The notes under the pieces: generated by a model
Seen by the model: the letters and a program-made list of their open reading frames with translations, nothing else
What the model was told of the DNA's origin: nothing
Database searches by the model: none
Made by a program: the position numbers and the translations under genes
From: Bigelowiella natans CCMP2755
Taxonomy: Eukaryota > Protista > Cercozoa
Length of the DNA: 64,000 bases
Direction: 5' to 3'
NCBI GenBank assembly: GCA_000320545.1
Contig: ADNK01003179.1
Span: forward strand, 1-64,000
Shown here: positions 37,640-50,621 of the stretch, piece after piece
Layout: each line of letters opens with the position of its first letter
Position numbering within the stretch: position 1 is the first letter of the stretch

Positions 37640-39050
37640 ACTCACCTGCTTGCCACCCAAGCTAGCGCTTATATGACAGTTGGCATCAAACGCACGCAAT
37701 GCAACGGCCGCACGTCTGCCATGTCGTTTGTGTGTCGCACACGCTAGCGCGCACGATGCAGCTTGTCTAGAACTGTGCGACAGCAGCACACTACATCCAG
37801 CTGTCTCTAGCTAGGTCACGTTCATCAAGGTTCAGCAAGCCAACTGTGGGCAGTCTGCGACCACCAAGCACATGCAGGTACGAGCGCGCATGCATGCGTG
37901 CAAATGGGTGTGCGTGCTGTGCTTTGTCATTATTTGTCATGTTTCATGCAGGCGCATGGCTAGATGGTCACTCAGGGTTGTCAGGTTGCGTCTGCCACAG
38001 TAGTTCAGTAGTTCAGCTAGTCACACAGAGGTGTGCAACGTGAGTAGTTGCATGCTCAATGACATGAAAATGGTGGGGGCATGCGAGGTTGCAACGCTCG
38101 GTTGCAACTTCCAGCTAGGAGTATCGCTAGTAGATCGCCTCGGTGTTTTTTCCGCGACATGCAGTGGTCGGGTCACGCAGTCTTGCAATTTGGGGGAAAA
38201 TGACGGGTGTTTTTCCCGAATTTTGTGCCACTGTGACTGCGCAGCATGATGTTGCTGGGATACTGTGTGCCCAGCGCATCGCATGATGTGCATTGGCGCG
38301 CAAATGGCTAGTTTAGCACGCACACTCCAAACGACCCGCAAGCAAGCGGTGAGCTTTCTCCTTTGCTTGTTTGCTCATGCATGATCAGCAAATCTAGAAA
38401 TGTTGTTTCTTCAACAGGGCATCAGTTTTGTGGACATGAATCTGCAATCGCACACATTACCACGGTTGTCTAGTTGTGTTGCAAGCGCTGCGCAATGCAC
38501 TACACCAACGCTTTCAGTGGCTTTACGGCGGCAAGCTGGCTAGCTAGGCAAGCTACTGTATTACACTTGATCGCCACTGTCAGTGCATTTGTCATCCTGT
38601 CATCAGTGCATGCATTGCTCGGTGTCACCAATGCTAGAATGGATTCGCGCTTGCTGCTAAATTAAATTCATAATCACAATGCATTCTACATACATGTGCC
38701 CCGCTAAAACTGCACACAGAGCCGCACCAAAACAAATAATGAGATGGAGCATGCACACGTGTACCGTGTTTGTATCTTGTTCATGTCGCTGCATGAATCA
38801 CAGCAGCCTGATGAGTTACATTGTGTGTCATACTAGGCATTCAGCAGCATGCAACATTGCTGTGTGGCACACATTTTGCCTGTCTTTGGTATCCAGTCTA
38901 GCTTGATTACAACTGGCAATGATGATCTAGATAATGCCTACTTTCTCAATATGTGGTTCTGCCTATTACTGCCTTCAGTTGTCACTACTGCTTATGCTAT
39001 CCAAGCTACTGTTACATTACATACGCTATGTAATATGTAAAATATATGTA
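37640..39050. other. Tail-to-tail intergenic tract, CATG/TGCA/CTAG-rich and TpA-poor outside CTA/TAG
   Basis: Lies between the ABCA and BDH 3' ends; most residual TA in 37690-38420 is in CTAG, TAG or CTA. Confidence 0.8.
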
Positions 39051-39057
39051 GCAGCTA

Positions 39058-39861
39058 TTATCTTGCCGTCCAGCCTCCATCCACGCTCAAAGAGGCTCCG
39101 TTGATGGATGACCCATTCGATCCACAGAGAAACACAGTAAGTTCTCCGAGTTCTTCTACCTTAACAAATCGTTTGGAAGGCTGACTCGCCAGCAAAATGT
39201 CGCGGACCACCTGCATACCAATGTGATTATGATGATGATGATGATGACACAAAGAATAAAGCACCATGTAGTATTTAATGTGAAAAAATATTGCGATATA
39301 ATACGACGATAATGTAATGGTCAACAACCCGACATGGATGACAGTATTACCTGCTCCTCGGTCATGTTGTTGGCCTTCATCTGCTCTCCTATTTGGCCGT
39401 CAACGAGTGGTGTTCGGACAAATCCTGGGCAGATGGCATTGCATGTGATATTCGCTTCAGCAACTTCAAGGGCTACAACCTTACGATAGAGCACAAAAAC
39501 AATGCACAACAATAGTCAACACTGAGGTGTAGTGTTGAAGAGATGCTGTACATATCATATGTGGTACTGATGGCGATGATATTGATGATGATGATGATGA
39601 TGATTGTAACAGGTTAATAGGTGGCTAGTGATGATTGTAACAAATAAATTCTATGAAGACTTATTAAGGGTGGAGAGGATGGAGAGGATGGAACCTTGGT
39701 TAACCCAACTACTCCGTGTTTAGCTGCGACATACGCAGATTTGAAGGGAGATGCCACCTAACAATGAATGAATGAATCACAACAACTAGAGAACATTATC
39801 TTCTTCGCTCCACATAACACATTGTGAGGAGTAGGCAATAGCCGCAGAACAGTAGTATGCA

Positions 39862-39892
<31 letters not shown>

Positions 39893-40185
39893 AAGAACAA
39901 CAACAACAACAACAACACGTTGCTACTACTTAAATCAGTAGTAACGTTGATGATTGAACGAAAATTGCATCATCATCTTTTTGGATGTTGTTCTTCGTCT
40001 AACTCTCTTCTTTATTTTCTTCTTACCAATCCGTGAGCAGAGGCAATATTAACGATCCTTCCATAGCCATTATCCCTCATCAATGGCAGCGCCGTCTTGG
40101 TGGTGTAGAAGTTGGAGGACAGATTGAGCTGTTGGGTGGTTGCCAGTGAATGCAACAACAACAAAAGAAACAAGGATTTTTTTTC

Positions 40186-40229
<44 letters not shown>

Positions 40230-41498
40230 TTGTATAACTGTGAGTCTGTAAGGGAAAGACTTGAATATAGTTGGGATGTGTTGGAGGAATGGCATATTGT
40301 ATGATGAGCTCACAATGCTTTTTTTACCGCAAGTATGAGCTCCCATCGGTCTGCTGGGAAATCCTCTATTTTCGAGACCTGAATATTGGTAGTAGTAACA
40401 TGTGATAAACATAAAGGGGGGGGGGGGGGAGAAGGAGGTATGAAGAACATTAGACAGAAAAGTAAATAGTAAGGGAGAGATATGGATATATGCCCTCCTC
40501 CTTCTTCTTCACCATCCTTGTTATTGGTGATTATGTGCATGACTAAGTATTTTGCATGGATCATTGTGCTGATGATGATGATCCACTCTGCACAATTTCC
40601 AATCGACTACTTTGGATATGCTACTGCTGCTACTATTCGGAGAATTATTACTGCTACACTACTACTAAATTAGGCTGCTGGTGCTCCTCCTTCTCCCTCA
40701 TGATTACTACCGTTTGTATCCCCGCATTATTAACAAGGATATCGACCGCTCCGAATTGCTTGTGAGTTTCTTCTATCAGTCCTTTTTTCCGTTTGAAATC
40801 CGCACACAAACAACAAACGACACGCCCACGCACGGATAAATAAATTAGGGTGTGATGTGGAACTACGGCAGTGGAGGGAGATGCTGTAGCTGGGAGAAAT
40901 GAATCAGGGAAGAGAAAAGATCCCTGAAAAGTGAAAATATAAGGAGGAAAGATAGTAAACCTATGCTGCCTTCTGGCTTGGAGAGGTCTGCAGGTGAAAA
41001 AGCAGCTTTCACATCATACTCACTGCATATTCGATCACAAAGGCCTGATAGATAGAAATACGAGATAACATATGATGATTTCAAAGTGGTATTGTGTTTG
41101 TATGTGTGTATATGCGTGTGTGTGTGTGTGTGTGTGTGTGTACGTGTGATATAGAGCACCTCTAAATTCGTCCGCTGAGCCAATACCATTGAGCATGACG
41201 TTTGACCCGTTTCTTGCTAAGGATTCTGCAACCCCCAATCCAATCCCACTGGTAGATCCCGTCACAACAGCCGTTTTGCCTTCTAGCGCTCTTGATCGAC
41301 TGCCAGATGTCATCCCACGGCGTTCTAAACGTCAAAATGTAGACTGTATGAGAGAAAAGACAGAGGCAGGTAAAGATAGAAAGATGAGAGCACAAGGGGA
41401 GGACTTCTCCAACCTAGGTTCAGCAGGTAATTGTAATGATGTGGTTGATTTGTTCTTCTGGTAAGAGAGCAGGACATAATTCTATGGATTGCCCTCAT
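39058..41498 (-). CDS. D-3-hydroxybutyrate dehydrogenase (bacterial bdhA-like SDR) with probable mitochondrial leader; ~9 exons
   Basis: TGSTSGIGLG, DILVNNAG, GRIVNIASAHG, KSAYVAAKHGV, CNAICPGFVRTPLV, QPSKRFV, GASLSVDGGWTAR*. The leader MRAIHRIMSCSLTRR... is Arg/Ser-rich. Confidence 0.92.
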
Positions 41499-41932
41499 GG
41501 TGAAGAACTAGCTCCCTGGTCCTAACGCGAGTGAGGAGTGGTAGATAAGGAGGAGGAGGAGGAGGAGGAGGAGGAGGAGGAGGAAGAGGAGGGTGGGGGG
41601 AATATCCAGCACAAGAAGCCACTGTGTCGGGTCGGTCAGTGAACCTTTTCTTTACTACCGCCACTACTACTACTTACTACCTATTTGTACGACATCTTGT
41701 TGTAGTTGTCGCAAGGAGAAATAGGACTGGGATAACCACGATAGAATGCTACTCATATGTTGTCGCAGGATCAATATCCCAGGCTGTTTTTACGTCATAT
41801 TATCCAGAATGGCACGTCGTCGTCGTTGTCGTCGTCGTCATGTTATTCTGAAATCTGTCTGTCTCCTCCTGAATCGCCGACGAACTTGAACGAGCACGGG
41901 GCTAGAGGGGGGGCGCTAACGAGGTGAAGCAA
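41499..41932. promoter_or_regulatory. Probable bidirectional promoter between BDH and RIT1
   Basis: Divergent start codons about 435 nt apart; positional inference only. Confidence 0.5.
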
Positions 41933-42174
41933 ATGTGGAAGCTTAATAAAAAGCTGAAGGTTTGCGAATAACTTCACTTATGTCGTCATTGCATGTAAAA
42001 GTAGTGGGGGGATAGATGAAAGATCATGGTAGTGATGATGGATGATGACTCCTCAGCGGGAGGAGCTCTGCATCAAGAACCGCCTTCTGTCGATATGGGA
42101 AGACTCTCTCTTTGTGGAAGAGATTCAAAAGTATAATTTTATCTTTCCCTCTCTCCCTGCTCCACCCATTCTCT

Positions 42175-42211
<37 letters not shown>

Positions 42212-42528
42212 TTACACACATAAATATATGTATATGTGCATGTATGTATATGTGCATATATAAATGTGTTCGTATGTATACACATATATGTATTTCTTCA
42301 TATCATAGTAGTATGTGTGTGGTGTATCTAATTTTTAATCCTCTTTGTTCTTCAACTACATCACATAATGTTTCAGGGAACATCCAAATCTCCCTCTCTT
42401 TGCAAATTTGAGAAATGGGGTGAGTGACTAAGCTTCTACTTCATTTCCCTCTCTATGACATCATCAAGCAATGATGCAATCATCAACAACAATAGTAATA
42501 GTGACAATAATTGTAAAATTATAATGGC

Positions 42529-42563
<35 letters not shown>

Positions 42564-43938
42564 GTTGTAACTTTATTTACGAAACTACATTATTCTTGCT
42601 TGAGTACAGCTATGGTACGTGCCTCCGGGAACACCAACCTGCTACTTTAAGTCAACAGATGGCCATTTTGGAAATTGGTACTATCGTAGGGATAGACTTG
42701 GTTTTGTTGATAACCGTGATCATAAAGCTCACGATTTCATTTTCAAATGATGATGCAGGAAGTTTAGTTCAACCCGGCTAAATATGCACGTAGCCAAGAT
42801 GGCGCTCAAAAGTGGAGGCTGCCTCATCGTTGATACAACGCGTAAAGGGTGGATCTATTCAGATACAATACAGACGCACATACATGATGTATAGTAGATA
42901 TGTTTTAATACCATGATAAAAAGACACGGAATGACATATTCTTGAGTGTTTAGGATATGTTTGATTGATACTACTAAAACAATCAACACTTTTGTTGTCG
43001 GGAAATACACAGGAAGCGCTTTCCAGATGCATTGTCCAAGACAGTTCCTATATGGTGCGCAGTGCTAAATTATACCGCTGCTAAGATGATGCGAGAAGGA
43101 GGCGTAAGAGGTGTGCTACGTCATCTTTTATTGAGAGAGGAAGAAAGTCATATTCAAGAATTACATGCTGTTTAGTTATTACATACAATATCAAGTTTCA
43201 ACTGCATGATCAAATATAAATTCGTCCTTGTTGACCCTACTTCTGGTGATATGTTGTGAGTAGATTACGACAACGGCCAGGAAGAGGATGGGAAGGAGGA
43301 GGATGAAAAGCAAAAGATGCATCCAGCGACAAAATTAATCAGCAACGACGATGATGAGACCAACAATGATGACGACGATGAGAAGCTTGTTCACAGTCTC
43401 CTCCACCTCCCTCAGTGGGTGGGAAATTCCGAGAAATGGCAGATTAGAAGGCAAATTCCACAATGGAGTGCTCAGCTACGAGAGGTGTGCAGTCGATCAG
43501 AGATCGATGAGCTTCTTCGTTGCTTCTTCCCAGCTGCTCATGTACGTAAGCAGCACCAACAACAACAAAAATGCTGTAGTAATGAAAGCAAGAAACACAG
43601 AGAAGACTGTCGGGAGAAAACAAAGAGCAAAGTGAGGACAGCAGTAGTAGATAGAAGGAGGGGAGGGGGGAAAGTCCGTAGACGAATGAAGAACAAATTC
43701 CAGCCTCTTCGATGTACATGGCTAACACCTCCTCCTCCACCCGGAAGTGAAGGGGACCAACAAGGACCAGAGAACGAATATTATAGCAAAAATGTAGTCA
43801 TTCATCATTACATAGAATGTTATGTTTATTGGTTCATGTAGATGTGTGGTTTTGGTTACGAGGAGTATACAGATATGACATATTATATACAGACAGTCCA
43901 ATTAACAACGGTTGTTCCTTTCTTGCAATTTTTCTTTG

Positions 43939-43987
<49 letters not shown>

Positions 43988-44755
43988 AGTTTTACTACAG
44001 ATCTTCAATTATATATATGGCCATTCAATCTTTTTCTTATCCTTCTACTTGTATCTTTGCTGGTGTGTTATATTATCATATTTTTTGTAGGTGACATCGT
44101 CATCATCTTCATCATCATCATCATTATCATCATCACCCTCGTCATCAATGTCGTTCGTATCGGTCATTTGCGTATCCGCATCCCCCCCAGAAGGAATTAG
44201 AAACGGTGAGAGGAATGATATGGGGAGAAGATCTGCACGAAGAAGCTGGCACTATGTTCAGGGAGCAGGAGATGACGAAGAGAATTGGGCTAATGGGCTC
44301 ACACCGACACTATTCTGGAGAAACAAACACTCGCTGCTTGACCCACGTCTCGACATTCACGAAGTTGCCTTACTTGCTGAGAAGCTTGTTGAGTCACCAG
44401 CATGGAAAGCCACAACAAAGAGTATTACACGAGGAGAAAGAAGAGGAGAAGAAGAAGGAGGAAGAGGAAGAGAAGGGGAAGGAAAAAGCATGAAAGAAAT
44501 AGTACCAACAACAGCAATTCGAAAGATCGGGAACACTGGGTTGTATATTTATGTTTCTCAAAAGGAGGAGGGGGATGAAAGACTTCGTGCGCTGGCAAAG
44601 GCACATGATTGTGCAGCGGTATTTTGGTGCTCTTCAACGCCTATTCTCATCCAACACAGCAGTAGTAACAGTAGCAGTAGCAGCAGCAATCAAAACAGCA
44701 AGGAGATTGATGACCAATACATAGAAAGGAATATCACAGCAGCACGACCATCGCA

Positions 44756-44786
<31 letters not shown>

Positions 44787-45034
44787 GCTTGTTCAAGTAT
44801 AAGTACATCTCCTAGTGTCACTGCGGTTTCAACTGCTCCTCCTACTACTCCTCCCTCTTCTCCTCCTCCCAAAAGCGGTTGCAGTAGCATTGGTGATGAC
44901 AAAACAATGCGACACTGCGAAGTGTATACGAATGACAGCAGTAAATGGAGGAGTAGTAGTAGTAGCGAAGTCTCATCAACTGCCGTTTATAGACAATTCG
45001 CTGTTGATGATCGCACAAGCTCAGGTCCAATCCA

Positions 45035-45067
<33 letters not shown>

Positions 45068-46002
45068 CAGCAGCGCCTCGCTACTACGTCGGAATCATCA
45101 TCATTATCATCACCATAACGAAGTTAATAATAATGTCAATACTAATCCTCGTTGTTCGCTTGAGCGAGCACTCTCGAGTTTCGTTCCACTCGCACGTGAG
45201 ATCATCCTGTCGGGGTGGCAGAGAACTATGAAGGAAAAGAAGAGTGAGAATAAGGAGAAAACAGTCGCAACAAATAGGGATGAGCAGAACAAGATGAGAG
45301 AATTTGAGAACACAAAGCTTGGCAACTGTAAGCCCTCGAAGAAGATCCTTATTGCAGCGAGGAAGGGTGGGAAGGGGAGTGGAGGGGGGGCAGTGGCTGT
45401 GTGCGTTTGTGCTGCAATACTGCTTAATTCAGAGTGTTTTGACTTGGATTTCCAAGTAGTAGCGGCAAGAAAGGCCGATGATGGTTGTTCTGCTGCTGCT
45501 GCTACTGCTGATGCAAATGAAAGCATCACTGAATTTAAGTCCATAGGAGGACCTATCACCATCACAAAGCAGGTATATTAGACTTATCTTTACTCAGATT
45601 TTTCCATCCACTATTTTGAATGTTCTGTCTTCCCCCCTTTAGTTCGCAAGGTTTATTGTGTTGCATTGTCTATATGTTATAGCTGCAATGTGATCATCAT
45701 CGTTGTCGTCGCTCTGCCGTCTTCACATTCCCTGTTTTGGATTGTCGCATAATTGCAATCGCTATTTGCTTCGTCACTATTGGTGTACCACCACTCTACT
45801 GATGTGTTCAATAACAACGGTGAAGCCAGGATTGATATGTCACTTTGTACTACGTTCGTAGCGGATAAAGATGGCTATCAACTTTGTGAAGAGCTCTGCT
45901 GCCGCTTCAACGACCTATTCCGACCTGCTGCAAACAGTCCAACAGCAGCCAAGCCGTCACTTGATAAAGCAACTAAATAGATATTTTCTATCCTTCAACT
46001 AG
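41933..46002 (+). CDS. RIT1: Initiator tRNA A64 2'-O-ribosylphosphate transferase
   Basis: NRLLSIWED, YFKSTDGH, LNMHVAKMALKSGGCLIVDTTRKG|KRFPDALSKTVPIWCAVLN, LHLPQWV, PLRCTWL, VICVSAS, YVQGAGDDEENWANGLTP and C-terminal PSRHLIKQLNRYFL. Start codon uncertain. Confidence 0.92.
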
Positions 46003-46009
46003 TTTGCTA

Positions 46010-46690
46010 TTAATGCGAGCTTAACTTCCGCCAATTTATTGTGCGAGCAGAATCTATTGCAAATTGGTGCTTGCTAGCTTGGTGCGTCCCATGCATGTCT
46101 AGCTATATAGATATACGTGCTAGCGTGGGCATTTTTATAGCCGTTGTAGTCAGTGATGCATATCGGACAGTGCGTGTTCTGTGAGCGAACTAATACGTAC
46201 GGCTTACAAGCTTGTGCATGCAGTGATGTAGTGCGACTGCACGAAAACTGTCTTTAACTGTATCTAGTGCATGTGTACATCTACATTTACAGCAATAGAG
46301 GTAGGTCTAGCAAGTGGTCTAGGTGTGATGATAGACATGTAATACCATATATATGCTATTACTGTGTCTATAATTGTGCAAGCGCATTTCAAATGATAAA
46401 AACGTGACTGTCTAGCGAATCGTAGAGACACAACTGACACAACTAAACAATAGGAAAAAAACTGTCAATGTTGTCAATGGTATGCGCATTTTAAGCGCCG
46501 CATATTTTTGCATTTTTAAATTTTATCCATGCTGGCAAATGCAATGAGATGCTCAAGACAAAAACAGAAAAGCACCTGTAGATGCCAATGCTTAGTAGCT
46601 CGGTGCAATGTGGTGTTGGGATGGTCGCTCTCTAGCAAACTAATAATTATTGTACGCACCGTTGCTGTACCAAAGCAGTGGTAGTTTTAC
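46010..46690. other. Tail-to-tail intergenic tract with the CTAG/CATG/TGCA signature
   Basis: Begins immediately after the RIT1 stop; GCTAGC, TCTAG, GCATG and TGCA recur. Confidence 0.65.
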
Positions 46691-46729
46691 CAACGTTCTG
46701 AGGCAGGGCAAGGAACCATCATTTTCAAA

Positions 46730-47103
46730 TAATCAAATTCTACTCATTTCTATGTATGTACAAGTCAAGCCATCTTCTTCCGTGTGCAAATGTTGTCCGA
46801 AACCGAGAGCAAAGTAGATTGCATTTCGCAAATCTTTGATGGCCCGCACCACAGATTTGGAACCCTATGTGTATGGCGGAACTACCGTAAGATGACTAAG
46901 AACATCTGTTATCAGTTTTCTAAAGAGAGATGATTGTGCTCGATGCGAGAGAGTTTAGATAAAATCCAGACTTCTATCGTGTACTATTACCGTATTCAGC
47001 CCTTCGCAAAGCGAGTCTTTGAATCCATGTCCTTTGTTTCTGCTCTCAATGTAACCAGAGTGCGCATTATCCAGAAATAGCATGGCTGGGATGACCATCT
47101 GCA

Positions 47104-47137
<34 letters not shown>

Positions 47138-48442
47138 GAACATTGTTTCGAGAGTTATATCTGTGTGTGGTGGTGGTGGTGGTTGTAGTGGTATCGTGGC
47201 ATGATTTCAGAAAATTGTATTCACCAAACAGATTGACTACTAATAGACTACCCAGAATTGTCCAACATTCAACACAACGCCGGCCTTCATAGCCTCTAGA
47301 AAAATGCTTTGCAGTAGATTCGTTATTGAAGTTGTTTGTTCCTCCGGCAGTAGAAATACACCTAATAAAAATGAAAACTAATGGAACTATTCTGAAGTTG
47401 TCTAAACAACAGCAGCCGCCTATGCAACAGCAGCAGCAGCAGTCCACATGTCATCATCATTATCATCTCATAGGAGTGTTGTTTGTGCTACTAATAGTTA
47501 ATCCACTGGTTGGTACCTAGTGTCACTATTAGGCCCCAAAGAAATAATTTGGACTTTAGAACTCCCAGCACATTAAGACCCAGTTTTCCTATTCCTTTGA
47601 TCGACAACTTTGCCAGGCTATACTCGAGAAATCTTCGAAGTAACCGTATCCCTAATCGAAAACGACACTCATACTAATACAAATACAAATGCTTTTTGGC
47701 CGATACCAATGCCAGCCAATTTCAGTGATCCCACGAGTAGAACTTCATTCCATAGCATGGAAATTAGACCTAATGAAAGACACAGTATGTAATGGCCAAA
47801 AGGCCACGTATAATTCAGATGTGCCAATTATACTTTCTCACGTATAATTCAGATATCCCAAATTATACTTTCTGCTACTAACACTTCGGTGAGATGATTA
47901 CATAGTTGTGTGAAACCTCTCGCATGTCCCGCAATTCGATATGCCTTGACCGCTCTAATGAAATCTTTTTTCATCAACACTTTCGTAAATCTTTTTGCAA
48001 CCTGCGACGTCACAGTCGCATCGTTTACAACAGCTTTAATGTCTCCGGCGCAGTTTTTGGGCATTTTTTTCATTTTTGCTTTCTCATCTTTCTCGCAGAG
48101 AGTAGCAATTCCAGCATTATCTTTTGCTATCTCAAGTTTTGCTTGTGAAAATGAGCTATATCCCCGTCTGTAATTGGGTTTGCGTTGCAATTTTAGGGGC
48201 AATCTAACAACTTCATTGGAAAATATCGTCATATATTTTAGGGGCAATCTAACAACTTCATTAGAAAATATCGTCATATATTTTAGGGGCAATCTAACAA
48301 CTTCATTAGAAAATATCGTCATATATTTTAGGGGCAATCTAACAATTTCATTAGAAAATATCGTCATATACCGGACTCCTCCCTGGCTAGTTCTAGTAGT
48401 AGTAGTTGTGGTTTTTGCTGTACGTGTCTCATTGGGAGACAT
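46730..48442 (-). CDS. Hypothetical multi-exon protein with an internal 15-aa repeat
   Basis: ORF 47849-48442 plus downstream GT/AG-bounded pieces MVIPAMLFLDNAH...CEGLNT and GSKSVVRAIKDLRNAIYFALGFG. The linkage between pieces is not proven. Confidence 0.4.
48191..48370. repeat. 45-nt tandem repeat x4 (encodes YMTIFSNEVVRLPLK on the minus strand)
   Basis: TTTTAGGGGCAATCTAACAACTTCATTAGAAAATATCGTCATATA at 48191, 48236, 48281 and 48326, with no spacers. Confidence 0.95.
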
Positions 48443-48987
48443 AATCCATGAGAAGGATTTATATAGCTGCCGCCAGAGATGATGAACTCCTGGCAGACCC
48501 AGCGAACATCTTTGATCAATTTCCCTTTCGTTGCTGATAATCTCACTCGATGTGACTAGGACAAATTAGCACAGATGAGATAAGGAACTAAGGAAAATTC
48601 GTAACATTTTAAAAATCACCTTTGGCGTCAACATAACGTTTGTGTGTCTCCCCAACTAGTATCCAGCTATCTTCCTCATCGCTAGGGTCAAGTGGTGACT
48701 CCATTCACACGTAGACGTTAGGAATAGAACGCTTACGAATTTGAGAAATTTCCCAGAAATGTCTGCCAAGGCGTCCAACATCCAAAAACATAGGCTATTT
48801 AGCATTTACGACAACAACACATTTGTGCGACTTAGCATGTGGTTTGCTGCTGCGTGGTAGTCCTGTAGTCCAATCCATCGTGGTCTACCAACTGAACTGC
48901 AAAGAATTCACATGAGCACTTGGCTGCTGTTGTGATGCATTCAATGTTTAGTTCGTGCCAATTTGTATGAACCCTGTTAATTTGCTA

Positions 48988-49761
48988 GTCAGTCCTCCCT
49001 GAAGCCAGCTCGAGGCACTGCATTTCGCACATTGCAAGTGTCTTGTCACACTTTGGAAGTGCAGTTTTTCATCATTGTTCTCATTGTTCTCATTCACTGC
49101 AAACGTCTTGCCACGTAGTTTTGGAAATGCAGATCCAGTTCATCATCATTGTTCATTGTTCAGCGTGTCTTGTCACACTTTGGAAACGCAGTTCATCATC
49201 ATTGTTCATTGTTCATGTGTGGAAATTCTTGTCGCAGTTCACAGCCCTCTCAGCATGCAAAAAAATGGCCTTCAAGGTCTTCACCTTGTCCTTTCATTCT
49301 GTGATTCATTGAGGAGGTCACGGAAGAGTTGGCGTGACCCATGACCCTTTCAACCGCTCCTGTCTGGCTGTGGAACCGCTTCACTCATTCATTCATTCAC
49401 CTGATGCAGCTGAGAAGTTGGAAATGGGCGAAGCTCGTTTGCCCAACCTGGACAGCTTTCCCGCGTGGCACACCACAACACCGATTGGGTGGGGAGGATG
49501 TGTGGACGAGCGAGCACATTCCCCGATGACCCTTTCAGAGCCCTTCCAACATGCACGAAGCAAACTGAACAAATGGAGAGACACAGCGACCACAAAGGAC
49601 GGGTTCCTGGGTTCCACACAGTTTTCATTCGATCCCTGCTTTGTCTGTCTTGTCGTTTGGACCCACCACACACAACCACAGTCTGCGCTGGCACGTTGTT
49701 GGTTCGTGGTGTTCACGCAGTGATGTCGTGCATGCCAGCGTGCGTCGTGTGCGTGCATGTC
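48988..49761. pseudogene. TpA-erased segment, probably a mutated gene or element with an internal ~60-nt triplicated unit
   Basis: One TA in 774 nt (at 49116) and none in 49118-49761. Overlapping ORFs occur on both strands because TAA/TAG cannot form. The compositional fact is solid; pseudogene status is inferred. Confidence 0.55.
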
Positions 49762-50400
49762 TAACTGCAGCTAGCTGCTAGATGTGCATGCAGTCATGCA
49801 TTGTGTGCAGACATCGAGAGACAAAGTGTGCGCTACCAGCTGGAGCACATGTGTCAGCACACGCTAGCACGTGTATGCATTGCTTGGTGCACGTGGATTT
49901 ACAAATGGTACGAATGCACTTGAAAGGATCATGCACAACACACACATGCAAGCAAGAGACAAAGCACAAGTGTGCACACGTGTCTCTGACTGCATCTGTC
50001 ATTGCGCACAGTGTTGTCCACGTTTAATGGCTATACATTTGTTGCCAATCACGATGGTCACGACGACACTGCGTGACACAAACAAATTGGTTGTTGATTG
50101 CCGTAGGCTGTCCTACTGCGTCAATGGAGCACTAGCGTAGCTAGCTAGCAGCAGAGCACGCACACGCTGTGCACCATGTTTGCACATTGCTAGATTGTCA
50201 TTGCGCAACAATGAATTGGTCACACATGGTTCTCTGGATGTCACGCTTGCGCAATTTTTACTTTCAGCTCAGCCCTGTGGAAGCTTTGGCAACAAACAAA
50301 ATATGATGCGATCACATCGTATGCACATTCATGGTCGCATGCATATATATGCGGCCACAATTCGATCAACATCTGTGGAGCAAAGTTTGCATGCTCAACG
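49762..50400. other. Intergenic tract with the CTAG/CATG/TGCA signature
   Basis: CTAGCTGCTAG, ACTAGCGTAGCTAGCTAGC and many TGCA/CACA; lies downstream of the 3' end of the minus-strand gene at 50622. Confidence 0.75.
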
Positions 50401-50621
50401 GATGATTTCATTGCTAATCCACGTTGTGTGTTTTTACATTTTGATTCTTTGTCATTCATTTCTGCTTAATAAATTGAAGTCTCGATACCTTCATGGTAGA
50501 GATCTATTGTTAGGTACAGTGAAGATGTTTAACTTCCGTACTCGGCTGACGAGAAGTACAGAAGAACTCTTTGACATTTTCTCACTTTTTATGACTCAAA
50601 TATATATATTCTTTTTCGTCT

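Noticed and set aside
48191-48370. Possible CRISPR array
   Set aside because: The 45-nt units are directly adjacent with no unique spacers, the context is eukaryotic and no cas genes are present.
49043-50140. Cluster of overlapping ORFs on both strands as real genes
   Set aside because: This is an expected by-product of TA loss, which removes TAA and TAG stops.
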